From positions 45,230-109,229 of IMG/VR virus record IMGVR_UViG_3300045971_000674: a stretch of DNA of 64,000 bases; one strand, given 5' to 3'. Numbering within the stretch: position 1 is the first letter of the stretch; each line of letters begins with the position of its first letter. Below the pieces are notes generated by a model. It saw only the letters and a program-made list of their open reading frames with translations. It was not told the DNA's origin and did no database searches. The translations under genes were made by a program, and so were the position numbers. This document shows, piece by piece, positions 26,699 to 36,945 of this stretch. This DNA is from a virus.

Positions 26699-27424
26699 TC
26701 AGTCCTCGTTGTACTCGTTCATGACCAAGAGCGAGTAGCCCTTGACCAAGGTGGTGATGGAACCCGCCTGGCCAAACACCAGATCGATGGTCTCATCATC
26801 GCGTTTCAGGTCTCGAACGCCCACGTCAAGTACCGTGGTGAGGTACGGTGCTGCATAGGTGAAGAGAATGGCCTCAGCTTCATCGATGAACTCAGCCGGC
26901 TTTTCAGTGCCTGTCGAGAACTGGTCGTTCGTGCTGTCGACGCATTCAATATGTACATCTCCCGCGGAGGAGATTTTGAAGATGATCGTCTCGGCGCCAA
27001 AGATCTTGGCAGCCTTGGTGAGGGTGCTCACCTCAGCCTTGGTCATCGTCAGGGCCACCAACGGAGGATCTTGGTTTTCCTTGGGGTGAAGGACCATCGA
27101 CGTGGCGCTGCAGCGGAACTGGGCCTTCGTCTTGCCAGCAGCGATGGTCATACGGCCGATTTCGCCGTTCTTGGCAACATCGCCGGTGATAGAGACCGAG
27201 CCAGTGAAGAGACCAAGCCGCTTCTCAAGGTCAGAGAGGCGGCCAATGCCAACGGGAACCGTGGGATCGATCGAGAGCTTCGTCTCGGAGATGATGGCTA
27301 CCTTCTTGTTGGACATGGCACCCATGACCTTGCCACCAGCAAGGACGCAGCCATCGATACCGACGGTCTTGCAAAGGGCGAGGATGGCGCGGAGTTCATC
27401 CACATCGGAGGGGCTAAAGTTCAT
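26699..27424 (-). CDS. probable sliding clamp (gp45/PCNA-like)
   Basis: 241 aa, two-domain alpha/beta pattern, between the polymerase and RNase H. Inferred from size, pattern and context only. Confidence 0.5.
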   Translation of the reverse strand: MNFSPSDVDELRAILALCKTVGIDGCVLAGGKVMGAMSNKKVAIISETKLSIDPTVPVGIGRLSDLEKRLGLFTGSVSITGDVAKNGEIGRMTIAAGKTKAQFRCSATSMVLHPKENQDPPLVALTMTKAEVSTLTKAAKIFGAETIIFKISSAGDVHIECVDSTNDQFSTGTEKPAEFIDEAEAILFTYAAPYLTTVLDVGVRDLKRDDETIDLVFGQAGSITTLVKGYSLLVMNEYNED

Positions 27425-27795
27425 TTGACGACCACTTCGTATTCATGTTGACCCATTGTAACACGTTGGGTTTTCGGTTGCAGCAGCTTTTGCAGGTGGA
27501 CGAGCGTGACTTTGAGCCATCGGGATCCATCCCAGATGGCCATCATGCCAGCAAATGGTTCACCCACCATATCTCCGACAGTTGGCAGCGCTGCAGTCGG
27601 ATCCATCATGCGAAGGGCATGACAGTTCTGGATGATCCAGTCTTCCTTGTAGTACTCGAACTCCTGCTGGCCATCCTTGTTGATTGGATGATCATCGAAC
27701 TCAGCGAAGTTGATCTCGATGTGATCAACGTCGGATGGTTGCTGTTCGACGGGTTTCTCTGGCAGCTTCTTGCCGCGCTTGCTGATGATGGCCAT
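27421..27795 (-). CDS. hypothetical protein
   Basis: 124 aa from ATG 27795, immediately downstream of the polymerase. Confidence 0.6.
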   Translation of the reverse strand: MAIISKRGKKLPEKPVEQQPSDVDHIEINFAEFDDHPINKDGQQEFEYYKEDWIIQNCHALRMMDPTAALPTVGDMVGEPFAGMMAIWDGSRWLKVTLVHLQKLLQPKTQRVTMGQHEYEVVVK

Positions 27796-27797
27796 TG

Positions 27798-30614
27798 TTA
27801 GAACCTCAGGATGCTGTTGACATGGGTATTCTGTGGGGTGGGGACTTCCCAACCGATGGCGCCGAAGATGCCCTTCAGCTTGTTGTCGAACATCTTCTCT
27901 TCAGTGAGCTTGCGGTCTACCTCAAACTCACCAGTGAACCAATCAGGAAAGCGCTCGAGTTCGGCAGGGATGCCAATGGATTTCCACCCGTGGGCATTGC
28001 CCTTGAGATAGAAGATGCGGACCTTGTCACCACCGCGAATGAGCTTGGCGCCCTCTTCAAAGGTGGGTGCAATTTCGTTGTAGTGGATGGCAGCACGTAC
28101 TTGACCAGGAACTGACGTGCCTGTGTAACCTGGACGATCCATCTCGCTGGGCAGCATGACCTTGCCGGCTGATGGGCGACCCTTGCGAACCCATGCAGAG
28201 TAGTACTCGTCGAGATTGTTGGCTTGCTTCGCCACACCCATCGCGAAGATGTCGCCGTTCTTGCCAGCAAGAATCTTGCGCTGCTGATTGACGAACTTCT
28301 CAATGGATGGGTAGTCATCGCCAGACAGAATGCGGCTCATCAGATCCTTGAGGAAGGCCTGAATGATCTTCGGGGTGTCCGACTTCTTGATTTCGGAACC
28401 CTGTGACTTCAGCTTGTAACCGCCAGATGGGGTCACACCTTCATTGTCAACGACCTTCAGCACGTACTTCTTCTTGGCTTGGAAGAGGCCGCGTTCAGCA
28501 ACAACTTCGCGACCAGCCTTCATGCGACCGTTGAATGATGGCTGCACGTTGAAGCGCTTCGCCATGAACTCGGTCCATCCGGCGTTTACGTGTGCTGCCA
28601 CCTCGTCAGCGATCTTGATCGCATCAGCCTTGTTGGTAGCCTTCGTGCGAAAGTAGCACGAGTCGGTGTCACCATAGATGATGACGTCGCTGTCGATGCC
28701 ATATGCGTTGGTGACAGTGCCATCCTTCTCCACCTCAGTCGTCTTGACCAGGCGCTTGAAGTTCTTCTCGATGTACTCGTGAATCGTCTGCATCATGTGC
28801 GTGGTGGTGCCACGGCCGCATGCAGTCACTGACGCGCCCATCTCCATACGACCGAAGCGGAACGCAATGTTGAGCAGAGCCCCGTAGGTCGAGTTCAGCT
28901 GGATCTTCTTGGTCAGCTGGAGCAGGTCGTAGTGGGCTTCCTGCTTCTCGTACTCTGCCTTCTTGACAGAATCGGTCTCCTCACGAGCCAGCTTGCCGTA
29001 CTTCTTCTTCTCGCCTTGTAGCCGCTTGCGCTCGGCAAACCAGAATGACAGCACTTCGGGTACGAGACCCATTTCGCCAGATTGGTCGAAGATGGTGCCG
29101 TAGGCGGTGAGCGCCCACTTCTGTTCGATGAGAACAGCGCGCCACTCTTCGGCTGTGGCTTCCATGAAGTCGCCGTCGTCTGTCTCCAGGCGGTAGAGGA
29201 TGTCCTCGGCCACTTCCTTGCCGTCGACGTCTTCGCCGAACATGATGCCGAACCATGCAGCATCGCACTCAGCGAACTGACCACGGAACATCTCGGGCGA
29301 GATGTTGAGCGACATGATCTCGGTCGGGTACAGAGACACCAAGTCGACTGAGCCCAGAAATTCGTGCAACCCGATCTTCGGGGTCAACACGATGGCACCC
29401 TCAACCTTCGGGTGCTTGATCAGTGGAGGCTTGTCAGGAACGATGACCTTCTTGGCCGTGTGGGCGAAGTTGGTGATGCCAGTCTCAACGTAGCGCACCG
29501 TACCCAGCATCGCGCTGTAGTTGACAGTGTTCTCGTGCGCCATCTGGTTCACCATCGTGATGAACCGGAACTTGGCTTCCAAGTCAACCATGCCGCTGAC
29601 GTCACGGAAGTTGTAGGCGCAGAAGGTGGGGAAGTCGTTGTGGTAGAGCTGCTCGAGGGTGCCCTCGTAGTGCAGCTTGCCGTGGTCTACCTCTTCAGCC
29701 AGGATGTTGGCAAGGGCGTACGACTCACGACCTTCGAACGTGAACTTCTCGAAGAGGTCCTTGTAGTCCAGGTGAGAACGACCGAAGATCGTGTACGTGA
29801 TCTCAGGTGAGCCGAACTTGTCGACTTCACCTTGGCGCGGCTTCTTGCAGCCAACGAAGCACATCTTGTGAACGAGCTTGGACCACACCAGCTCGAGGCG
29901 CTTCATGATGTATGGAAGGTCGAAGAACTCCGAGTTCCAGCCGCTGATGATGTCAGCGTCCTCGATGTCCATGAGCATGTGATGAAGGAGCTCGCCCTCA
30001 TTGGCACAGATCACGATCTCGGGGTAGATGCCCTTGGCAAGGTTGCCTTCTTCCATCAGGCGAGTGAACTCAGCCTTGATGTCCTCAACGGTGCCGTTCC
30101 ATCGAACACCATCATTGATGGGCGGAATCACGTACTGCTTGTACGTCTTCGTCCACGACTGATAGATCGTGATGGCGTTGATGATGGCATACGGGTTCTT
30201 GGGGCCCGCAAAGCCGATCTTCGACTTGTAATCGACTTCGATGTCGAGGAAGGCGAAGTTGACCACTGGCGTGGGGAGGTCCACGTAGTGGTTCATCAGG
30301 ATCTTCAGCTCGGTCGGGATGTCCGACTCATGCAACGTTCCCTGCGGGAAGTGGCGACGGCCCTCTTCGAAGTCCTTGCGGGTATCGAAGTCGAAGCGCA
30401 GCAGCTTCTTGCCGTAGAGCGAGGTGTAACCTGCAGACACGTCGCAGTATGGCACGCCATCGCCAACTGAACGAGCAATCTCCTCTGGCACATAGAAGTA
30501 GTGCTCAGCCTTCCATCGGCGTAGGACGCGTTGTCCGTCAGGGTCGCGCTCCCACACGAGGACCTTGTCACTGTCCCAGTCGTAGACTGCGCCGATGTAG
30601 TTATTTGTCGTCAT
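27798..30614 (-). CDS. family B DNA polymerase (T4 gp43-like)
   Basis: ExoI FLDIEVD, ExoII GWNSEFFDLPYI, ExoIII YNFRDV. Pol motifs VDLVSLYP, KIQLNSTYG, YGDTDS. Uninterrupted ORF. Confidence 0.95.
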   Translation of the reverse strand: MTTNNYIGAVYDWDSDKVLVWERDPDGQRVLRRWKAEHYFYVPEEIARSVGDGVPYCDVSAGYTSLYGKKLLRFDFDTRKDFEEGRRHFPQGTLHESDIPTELKILMNHYVDLPTPVVNFAFLDIEVDYKSKIGFAGPKNPYAIINAITIYQSWTKTYKQYVIPPINDGVRWNGTVEDIKAEFTRLMEEGNLAKGIYPEIVICANEGELLHHMLMDIEDADIISGWNSEFFDLPYIMKRLELVWSKLVHKMCFVGCKKPRQGEVDKFGSPEITYTIFGRSHLDYKDLFEKFTFEGRESYALANILAEEVDHGKLHYEGTLEQLYHNDFPTFCAYNFRDVSGMVDLEAKFRFITMVNQMAHENTVNYSAMLGTVRYVETGITNFAHTAKKVIVPDKPPLIKHPKVEGAIVLTPKIGLHEFLGSVDLVSLYPTEIMSLNISPEMFRGQFAECDAAWFGIMFGEDVDGKEVAEDILYRLETDDGDFMEATAEEWRAVLIEQKWALTAYGTIFDQSGEMGLVPEVLSFWFAERKRLQGEKKKYGKLAREETDSVKKAEYEKQEAHYDLLQLTKKIQLNSTYGALLNIAFRFGRMEMGASVTACGRGTTTHMMQTIHEYIEKNFKRLVKTTEVEKDGTVTNAYGIDSDVIIYGDTDSCYFRTKATNKADAIKIADEVAAHVNAGWTEFMAKRFNVQPSFNGRMKAGREVVAERGLFQAKKKYVLKVVDNEGVTPSGGYKLKSQGSEIKKSDTPKIIQAFLKDLMSRILSGDDYPSIEKFVNQQRKILAGKNGDIFAMGVAKQANNLDEYYSAWVRKGRPSAGKVMLPSEMDRPGYTGTSVPGQVRAAIHYNEIAPTFEEGAKLIRGGDKVRIFYLKGNAHGWKSIGIPAELERFPDWFTGEFEVDRKLTEEKMFDNKLKGIFGAIGWEVPTPQNTHVNSILRF

Positions 30615-30828
30615 TGATGTAGTGCCGGCCAGGACCGTCAAGGATGTCCCGCCGTTTGACCCATGCGTTTGTCAGAAGCGATTGTACCACACTGCCATCG
30701 CTGCTTACGTCCCAAAGACGATTGCAACGATCGCAGTTCTCGCCTCGCTTGTCACCAGCAGGAACAAGCACGGTGGCCCGGTGGCCACACATGCAAGTGA
30801 AGGCGACTGCTACTGCCTTACTCGTCAT
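30601..30828 (-). CDS. small Zn-ribbon protein
   Basis: 75 aa, CMC-H...CDRC. Confidence 0.5.
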   Translation of the reverse strand: MTSKAVAVAFTCMCGHRATVLVPAGDKRGENCDRCNRLWDVSSDGSVVQSLLTNAWVKRRDILDGPGRHYINDDK

Positions 30829-31159
30829 CAGACGGGGTGTGGGTCAGCGCGATGCCGGCGTCGGTCATCACGATCTCGACCAAGGTCAGCTGCTGCTCAA
30901 GGCCTTCCTTGCGCTGCTGGTAGTCGTTGTTGAAGGTCATCGCCACGAAGTTGTTGAAGATGGCTGGCTTGAGGCCGAGTTCTTCGAGACATGTGTCACG
31001 CAGCACCTTGATGTTCTGCTGCTCGTAGGCGATCTTGCCCTTGCACTTGACGGCTTCGTCGACAGCATTGGTCAGCTTGGCCTTGGACTTCGGGTCGCGC
31101 ATGATCTCTTCGATCGAGCGAAACTTCTTGGCCTTGGGTGCGAGTTCTTTGGTTGCCAC
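30818..31159 (-). CDS. dsDNA-binding protein (T4 DsbA / GapR-like)
   Basis: 113 aa. EQQNIKVLRDTCLEELGLKPAIFNNFV resembles the phage DsbA/GapR family. GTG start with RBS GGAG. Confidence 0.6.
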   Translation of the reverse strand: MATKELAPKAKKFRSIEEIMRDPKSKAKLTNAVDEAVKCKGKIAYEQQNIKVLRDTCLEELGLKPAIFNNFVAMTFNNDYQQRKEGLEQQLTLVEIVMTDAGIALTHTPSDDE

Positions 31160-31235
31160 TATGGTCTCCGGTGATGGAACAGTTACGATACATTCATTGT
31201 ACCACGGAACCCGATGGCTGACAGCCTCAGGTAGG

Positions 31236-31640
31236 TTAGTTTACGAGTCGGATTGTCTTAGGACGTTCAGTCGAAAACACGCGCGCTTGAGCAACGGCAT
31301 GGATCTGTCCGACCTTCTCCATGGCTTCGTCGAAGATCCAGAGGCGTGAGACCTCTCCTGCATCCCAATCCTTGGACAAGGTGGCCTGTCCGTTGTTGTA
31401 GACTGGGTTGACCTCAGACGACAGCTTGAAGGTCTGCTTTTCCGCGGCGGCAGTAGCGATGTGTGCCTTCATGTCATCCATGAAGGACTTGCAGGATGCA
31501 AGACACTCGTCGTAGTTGGGGAACTCACGTGACGAGACGTTGATGTCAGAAGCACCAGGATACTTGTCCTTGAACACGGTAACTTGCTGTGTGCCGTGAA
31601 TGAGCTTGACGGCTGCGGTGAAAGTGAATGCCTGCATCAA
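31236..31640 (-). CDS. hypothetical protein
   Basis: 134 aa. Confidence 0.55.
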   Translation of the reverse strand: MMQAFTFTAAVKLIHGTQQVTVFKDKYPGASDINVSSREFPNYDECLASCKSFMDDMKAHIATAAAEKQTFKLSSEVNPVYNNGQATLSKDWDAGEVSRLWIFDEAMEKVGQIHAVAQARVFSTERPKTIRLVN

Positions 31641-32104
31641 TTTAACACCGTACTCTTGTTGGATTGCACGATGTCGCTGTAAGATGGGATCTCGAACTGA
31701 CGGTACTCGATCTTGGCGGCGATCATGGTGTCATCGCCATCCTTGACCTCGATGATCTTGAGGGTGTATGGGTTGCCATTCATCCCGACGAATCGAATGT
31801 TGTCATGACGTGCATCAAGGTTGAGGGTCTCGTCGATCAACGCCATCTCGCCTGGCACGTACAGTGGGTTGTAGGTTGCCTTGACATCGAGCCGATCGGC
31901 AGCAATGCATGACAAGCCGGTGATGTGGTCCATCGATGTGGTCAGACTGGCATCAGCATTGACGTCACTCTCGAAGTCAGCCGACACGAGCACCACGGCT
32001 TCGATGTCGTTTGCACTGCGAGGCGCAAACTCAGCGACGGCTTGCTGAGCAGCTTCGCCTTCTGCGCGCAACATGAAGAAGCAAGAGGTTGGTGCAGTGA
32101 TCAT
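31637..32104 (-). CDS. hypothetical protein
   Basis: 155 aa, ATGA-coupled. Confidence 0.55.
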   Translation of the reverse strand: MITAPTSCFFMLRAEGEAAQQAVAEFAPRSANDIEAVVLVSADFESDVNADASLTTSMDHITGLSCIAADRLDVKATYNPLYVPGEMALIDETLNLDARHDNIRFVGMNGNPYTLKIIEVKDGDDTMIAAKIEYRQFEIPSYSDIVQSNKSTVLN

Positions 32105-33297
32105 GCGTCAGGCCCCACGATGAGTTGACCGTCAATAGTCAACTGTTCAGTTTCACCGATAACGATTTTCTGGGTCACTGCGATGATTGGATCTGGATCG
32201 AATCGGCCACCAGTTGAACCCAATGGTAGGCGAGCTGGCGGATAGAATGCCACAACAGAACTCTGTGTGACATCGAGAACTGCGGTGCTGCTCACGACAT
32301 GGTACTTCAGGTAGTCGCGATCTGTGCTCATAGTGTCCAGTGAAACCATTAGATTGAGATAGCGATCCAATGGAGAGTACGGCTTGCGCGCCAACATGAA
32401 GCACGCCTTCGTTTGTGGCAGCGTGATTGTTCCACTTCCAGTGTTCACGATCAGGTCGCCATACGGAGACATGATGGTATTGAGGTCAATGGCTGTCGTG
32501 TCGAGAATGTCGAACTTGAAGATGTAGTAGCGGGTCCAGACACCATTCACCAGACGTTCGAAGAAGCTCACATTCTCCCATGCACCAGCGAAGGTGCGGG
32601 ATGGAGTGTCCACGTTTCGAACGAAGGTCAGAATCTTGGTCGTTTGGGCAAGAGCCTTCGACACCACCACGTCTACCTGTGTGGTGCCAGGTAGGCTGAC
32701 TGGAGAATTGAACGAGACGATGTTGTCTGGCACGGAGGACGAGGCAGATCCATCATTGATCTGGAACTGATCTGCAGCAGTGCCGCGCTCTAGCTTGACG
32801 CCATTGAGATAGACCTCAATGAGATCAGGATCTAGACCGTACGCCTTGAAGCGCAACGTCTTCTTCTCTGGGCCGTTTTCGACACCAGCAACGGAGGCGA
32901 AGGTGGTATCGAATCGGAACGTGTACTGCCTGAAGCTCTTTGGCGTGTCAGTGCGAACAGCAAGCTCCAGACGAGCGGTGGCTGAATCTGCTGGAGGTAC
33001 AGCAAGAGCAAGAGCCAACACGAGCTGACCGTAAGATCCGGTGGCAGTGTTGATTAGCGAAACCTCTGGCACCATCGGGCCAACTGTCGTCTCAGTAGTC
33101 GTGCGTTGGTGCCAGTCAGTTACCCCCGACGCCGAAGCTGCAGTGATCTGGCCATTGGACAGATACTGGACGGGCACAAGACGACCACCACACTGATACG
33201 TGATCGTGCACTTATCAGGGCTGATATGAGAATTGTCGACGAGCTTGTCGATTGTCCGTTTGCAGGTAGTGCAGCTGAGTCGGAGGAATTTCTTCAT
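32101..33297 (-). CDS. probable virion structural protein with N-terminal Cys motif
   Basis: 398 aa, CTTC...CTITYQC, beta-rich, IEVYLNGVKL. TAAATA upstream (33446-33451). Confidence 0.55.
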   Translation of the reverse strand: MKKFLRLSCTTCKRTIDKLVDNSHISPDKCTITYQCGGRLVPVQYLSNGQITAASASGVTDWHQRTTTETTVGPMVPEVSLINTATGSYGQLVLALALAVPPADSATARLELAVRTDTPKSFRQYTFRFDTTFASVAGVENGPEKKTLRFKAYGLDPDLIEVYLNGVKLERGTAADQFQINDGSASSSVPDNIVSFNSPVSLPGTTQVDVVVSKALAQTTKILTFVRNVDTPSRTFAGAWENVSFFERLVNGVWTRYYIFKFDILDTTAIDLNTIMSPYGDLIVNTGSGTITLPQTKACFMLARKPYSPLDRYLNLMVSLDTMSTDRDYLKYHVVSSTAVLDVTQSSVVAFYPPARLPLGSTGGRFDPDPIIAVTQKIVIGETEQLTIDGQLIVGPDA

Positions 33298-33533
33298 TGA
33301 GACGTTACCGTGCGGTACCGCCTGAGAAGCACGTTGACATCAGCACAACCGTATGCGTGGCCGTTCTCGTAGTTGACGACCTTGACGCAAGCGCCTGCCT
33401 TATCCTGGTGCACCTCAGGCAAGAGCCTGTTGTCGATGTACCAGCTATTTATGGCGACGAGAACAGCCACCAGGACTGACATCGTGATGGCAAGCCCGAA
33501 GAGCTGAAGGGTTGAAAGGGTGACAAAGCGCAT
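33294..33533 (-). CDS. small membrane protein
   Basis: 79 aa, N-terminal TM helix, two Cys. Confidence 0.55.
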   Translation of the reverse strand: MRFVTLSTLQLFGLAITMSVLVAVLVAINSWYIDNRLLPEVHQDKAGACVKVVNYENGHAYGCADVNVLLRRYRTVTSQ

Positions 33534-33724
33534 CACTTTTCCTTGGCTGCGACGATGCTGAAGAGCGTGGTCGGATTGACCCACTTCTTCCATGTGCCAT
33601 CGTCTTGGTTGACAGGAGTGACTTCACACATCACAAGCTTCTTACCGCCTGGCATGGGCTTCTCGGCCATTCTACCAGTCTTCTTCACCTCGAATTCACC
33701 GAGGACGAATGTTTCTTCAGTCAT
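33533..33724 (-). CDS. hypothetical protein
   Basis: 63 aa, ATGA-coupled. Confidence 0.55.
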   Translation of the reverse strand: MTEETFVLGEFEVKKTGRMAEKPMPGGKKLVMCEVTPVNQDDGTWKKWVNPTTLFSIVAAKEK

Positions 33725-34269
33725 TTCTGGAGCGCCTTCACGCGATGGATATCGCATTTGATGTCATGTGCCTTGCAGAATCCTTCCCACAGAAGATGGA
33801 GATTTTCAGCGCCCTTGATGTTGGCTGAATGGATGCGAACTCGCCGAATTGCCGTGCAGTCCCACGTTTCATCGAGATGACCGTTGATGAGCCACCACAT
33901 GAACTTCGTGGAAACCGGTTGGTCTTGGCCGAGATCGTGGTCGTAGCTGATGTCGCATGGCAAACCATGCTGTTGAACCAAAGCTTGCGCTTCGTGGACA
34001 GACCGAGCAATGAGCACGGCTGTGGCACCCAGCACGTAGTTGGCATCTGCAGGCGCTCGCTCATCATCGAGGAACAACGCCCATTCTTTGCCGTTACTAG
34101 AGGACAGAATCAACCACTTTGGGTGGGCATAGATGTACATGCACCCATCGATGGTGTTGAAGTAGCAGTCGCCCTGTGCTGGATTTGGGGGCGGAGTCGT
34201 CGACGCTTGAAGCATGTTCATGCCCGCCGCCACGTGTGTCTGCCAGTTCATACCCGGATTGATCGTCAT
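33721..34269 (-). CDS. cyclic-phosphate-processing receiver-like domain protein
   Basis: LFLDDER, IARS..EA, ISYDHDLG and IHSANIKGA motifs. Extended -10 upstream. Confidence 0.7.
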   Translation of the reverse strand: MTINPGMNWQTHVAAGMNMLQASTTPPPNPAQGDCYFNTIDGCMYIYAHPKWLILSSSNGKEWALFLDDERAPADANYVLGATAVLIARSVHEAQALVQQHGLPCDISYDHDLGQDQPVSTKFMWWLINGHLDETWDCTAIRRVRIHSANIKGAENLHLLWEGFCKAHDIKCDIHRVKALQK

Positions 34270-34307
34270 GGTCTATTCTATCACAACGACCAACCTGCGG
34301 GGATCTG

Positions 34308-34931
34308 TTACAGTTGGATCCCGAGGCTCTCTGCCCCAGCCGTGCACAGCGCTTTGATGCTTTGAAGTACCGTGAGGGTCAACTCGGCATCAGAGAGGGC
34401 GTTGTGCTTGTCGCGGCGTTCACCGCAGAAGATCTCGAAGACGTCATTGGAGCGATACTTGCCGATCGCGACGAACGAAGTGCCTGACGTATCGATCACG
34501 ACGTGGTACAGATCAGGCATGACGCCGTGCTTCTCGAGCAGTTGGCGCATGGCTTCGATGTCGAAGTACGGGTTGTGACCGGCGAACATCACCTTGCCAG
34601 TACCGAAGTGGGTGAGGATGAATTCAGCAAGGGTGGCTGCAGCTTCTTCATCGTCCAGACCTTCAGCTTCGAGCTGCTCGCGTGACAGGCCGTGCACCTT
34701 CTCAGCGCTCTCAGACCACTCGTACTTGGTGCCGTCGAACTTGACGGTGAAGTAGAGCTTGGCAATGGGTTGGAAGGTCAGGTTGTCAGCAACGATGGCA
34801 CCGAACGACACGGCTTGGTACTGCTTGAAGGTGTCTTCATAGCTGCCGAAGCTGGAACCTGAGGTCTCGGTGTCGAGGATCAGGATGTTCTTGCCAGGGC
34901 CGTGGCGCGAATAGGTTGGTGGCTTAGTCAA
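34308..34931 (-). CDS. DEDDh 3'-5' exonuclease (DnaQ-like)
   Basis: ILDTETSG, AGHNPYFDIEAM, HNALSDAELT. Confidence 0.9.
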   Translation of the reverse strand: MTKPPTYSRHGPGKNILILDTETSGSSFGSYEDTFKQYQAVSFGAIVADNLTFQPIAKLYFTVKFDGTKYEWSESAEKVHGLSREQLEAEGLDDEEAAATLAEFILTHFGTGKVMFAGHNPYFDIEAMRQLLEKHGVMPDLYHVVIDTSGTSFVAIGKYRSNDVFEIFCGERRDKHNALSDAELTLTVLQSIKALCTAGAESLGIQL

Positions 34932-35202
34932 GGGATTGGTCCTCGATGGTTGGGAATGGCCAAGCCGGCTTCGGTTCTTTGACCTTGGTCGGCTTCGGTG
35001 GGTTGAGCTTCACAGCCTTGGGTTTGTTGACGTGCTTGACAATGCTGAGCACCGGAATGTTCAGTGGTCCATCCATCTCTGCCGAGATCATGAAGGCCGT
35101 CTTGCCATCATCAGCGAACAGCACCACGTGGTTGATGCAGCTTGCATCCACCCGACCAATGGTGAAACCCTTGAGCTTCTTGAAACCGCGATCTTTGGTC
35201 AT
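34924..35202 (-). CDS. hypothetical protein
   Basis: 92 aa, coupled. Confidence 0.55.
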   Translation of the reverse strand: MTKDRGFKKLKGFTIGRVDASCINHVVLFADDGKTAFMISAEMDGPLNIPVLSIVKHVNKPKAVKLNPPKPTKVKEPKPAWPFPTIEDQSLD

Positions 35203-35819
35203 AGTGTGAGGAGGAAGTCGGAAACTTGTTTGACCCGTTCCGGGATACCCTTCTCGGTGATGGTCAATTTGCGGGTGGTCAGGAACCTGGAGCTCTCGAG
35301 GAAGCGTTCCACATCCTCGTAGACGGCATCGACTGTGGCCCGTTCAGCACGATTGGGGTCGTCTTGCCAAGGCACGCTGTCCATGTACGGAAGCAGCATG
35401 ACGGCATCGTAGCACTTTTCCTGCGCCCCATTGCAGAGACTCAGGTAGCGCGTCAGCCAAGGGCTGGCTTCGCGAACATCCCACTTGTGCTCATCGAGCA
35501 GCCGCCATGTCCACTGGAGAGTGTAGGCGGCGATGTCAGCGAAGGTGCGTTCGGTGACGATGAGGTAGGAGACGCCTTGGCCTTCTTGTTCCTTGAGATA
35601 GAGGTCACGCTCGTACTTCTGGCGGTATACCTCCATCTGGAATTTCGTCATGGTGTCTGGGTGTTCCATGACCCGATTGAGACTGTCCCAGCCAAGTTGG
35701 GCTTGCACTGCACGCGAAACCCGGAAGCTGTCGACAGACCAACCTTGACTCATGAGACCCGTCAGGATGGAGCTTTTGCCGGCGCCTTGTGCACCGGAGA
35801 GACCGACGACCTTAGCCAT
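35199..35819 (-). CDS. P-loop nucleotide kinase-like protein
   Basis: VVGLSGAQGAGKSS Walker A, IVTERTFAD, and a DDPNRA lid. Confidence 0.75.
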   Translation of the reverse strand: MAKVVGLSGAQGAGKSSILTGLMSQGWSVDSFRVSRAVQAQLGWDSLNRVMEHPDTMTKFQMEVYRQKYERDLYLKEQEGQGVSYLIVTERTFADIAAYTLQWTWRLLDEHKWDVREASPWLTRYLSLCNGAQEKCYDAVMLLPYMDSVPWQDDPNRAERATVDAVYEDVERFLESSRFLTTRKLTITEKGIPERVKQVSDFLLTL

Positions 35820-36168
35820 AGATCAGCTTGCTCAGAGGCTTCATGTCGCGCTCGAGCTCCTTTGCTGTGAGATCCTTGGCATGGAAGCCAAGATCGTCTT
35901 GATCGAATTGCTTGAAGGTGAAGGTCAGAACCTGTTTGGGCTCCTGAGTCAGGAACATCATGGGCGTCGTGGACCAAGCACCGTCGTGGCGCTCGTTCAA
36001 CTGAAAGCTCGTGATCCCTCGATTGCACAAGAAGGCAGTGACGAAGTCAATGAGGGTTTGACCGCGCTTCAGGTTGGTGATCCCCTTACTGGTGAAGGTC
36101 TCCAACCTGCCGCCTTCAACTCCGGTGATGGAGGATCCGACAACTTTGATGAACTGGCGTTGTTTCAT
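35812..36168 (-). CDS. hypothetical protein
   Basis: 118 aa from ATG 36168. Extended -10 TG-T-TACAAT upstream. Confidence 0.55.
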   Translation of the reverse strand: MKQRQFIKVVGSSITGVEGGRLETFTSKGITNLKRGQTLIDFVTAFLCNRGITSFQLNERHDGAWSTTPMMFLTQEPKQVLTFTFKQFDQDDLGFHAKDLTAKELERDMKPLSKLIYG

Positions 36169-36283
36169 GGAGGGCAGTGTAGTGTAACTGTTCCATTGTA
36201 ACAACTTCTGGAAACAATTCCCGGGACCTTCAGGTTAGCATACCGCGTATAAATAGGTCGTAAAAATCCCCAGGATTCCAGTC

Positions 36284-36754
36284 ATGCAGAAGATTTCCTT
36301 CAAGCAGTTTCTCGAGTACCAACACGTCGCTGCAAACGACCTTCCTTGCCCAGAGACCCTGGACGAAGGACTGCTGGACTTCATCAAGGCAAAGCTTCAG
36401 AAGTCTGCCAAGCTCACTGACAGTGAACTTGCAAAGCTCTTCAAGGTTGCCAAGGAAGGCGATGCCGCTGCCAAGCGCACGCTCAAGAACTACGCAGCTC
36501 AGCTCGAAAAGAAGGGCGAACAGACTGGCGCCATCAAGAAGATCTTGGCCTCACTGCAAGATCAAGAAGATCACAAGGAAAACGAGTTCCAGCGCTCACG
36601 TGCCGAGGCAGAACAGGCAGAACAAGGTTCCTCACGCCGCAGCCGAGCCGAAGCAGGTTCAGTCAGCAAGCGTGCCGAACCAACTTGGAATCCAAAGACC
36701 AAGGAATGGGAACGTGGAGCCAACGCCTGGGCCCACGTAGGCAAGCACAGCTAA
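36284..36754 (+). CDS. hypothetical late protein
   Basis: 156 aa, TATAAATA at 36248-36255. N-terminus ISFKQFLE, L-x-E motifs. Confidence 0.65.
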   Translation: MQKISFKQFLEYQHVAANDLPCPETLDEGLLDFIKAKLQKSAKLTDSELAKLFKVAKEGDAAAKRTLKNYAAQLEKKGEQTGAIKKILASLQDQEDHKENEFQRSRAEAEQAEQGSSRRSRAEAGSVSKRAEPTWNPKTKEWERGANAWAHVGKHS

Positions 36755-36945
36755 GGATATCGGGCCAGAATTCGCCTGGCTTGGTAGCAAATCCAAACCA
36801 ATCGCACGTTGGTGATCGCCAACCCGATGTAGAGTGGTAGCAACATGATGGCTGCTTTCAGGTATGCCATGAAGCTGGGCTTGGATTTACGAGATGTCTT
36901 CATGACAAATTGATTGTACACTGTTGGTGGGTTTCGTGTTGACAA
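36751..36945 (-). CDS. possible small membrane protein
   Basis: 64 aa with a hydrophobic stretch. Start uncertain. Confidence 0.3.
   Translation of the reverse strand: MSTRNPPTVYNQFVMKTSRKSKPSFMAYLKAAIMLLPLYIGLAITNVRLVWICYQARRILARYP

Noticed and set aside
27798-30641. Intron or intein in the DNA polymerase or helicase
   Set aside because: The ORFs are continuous, have the expected motif spacing and show no intein-type termini.
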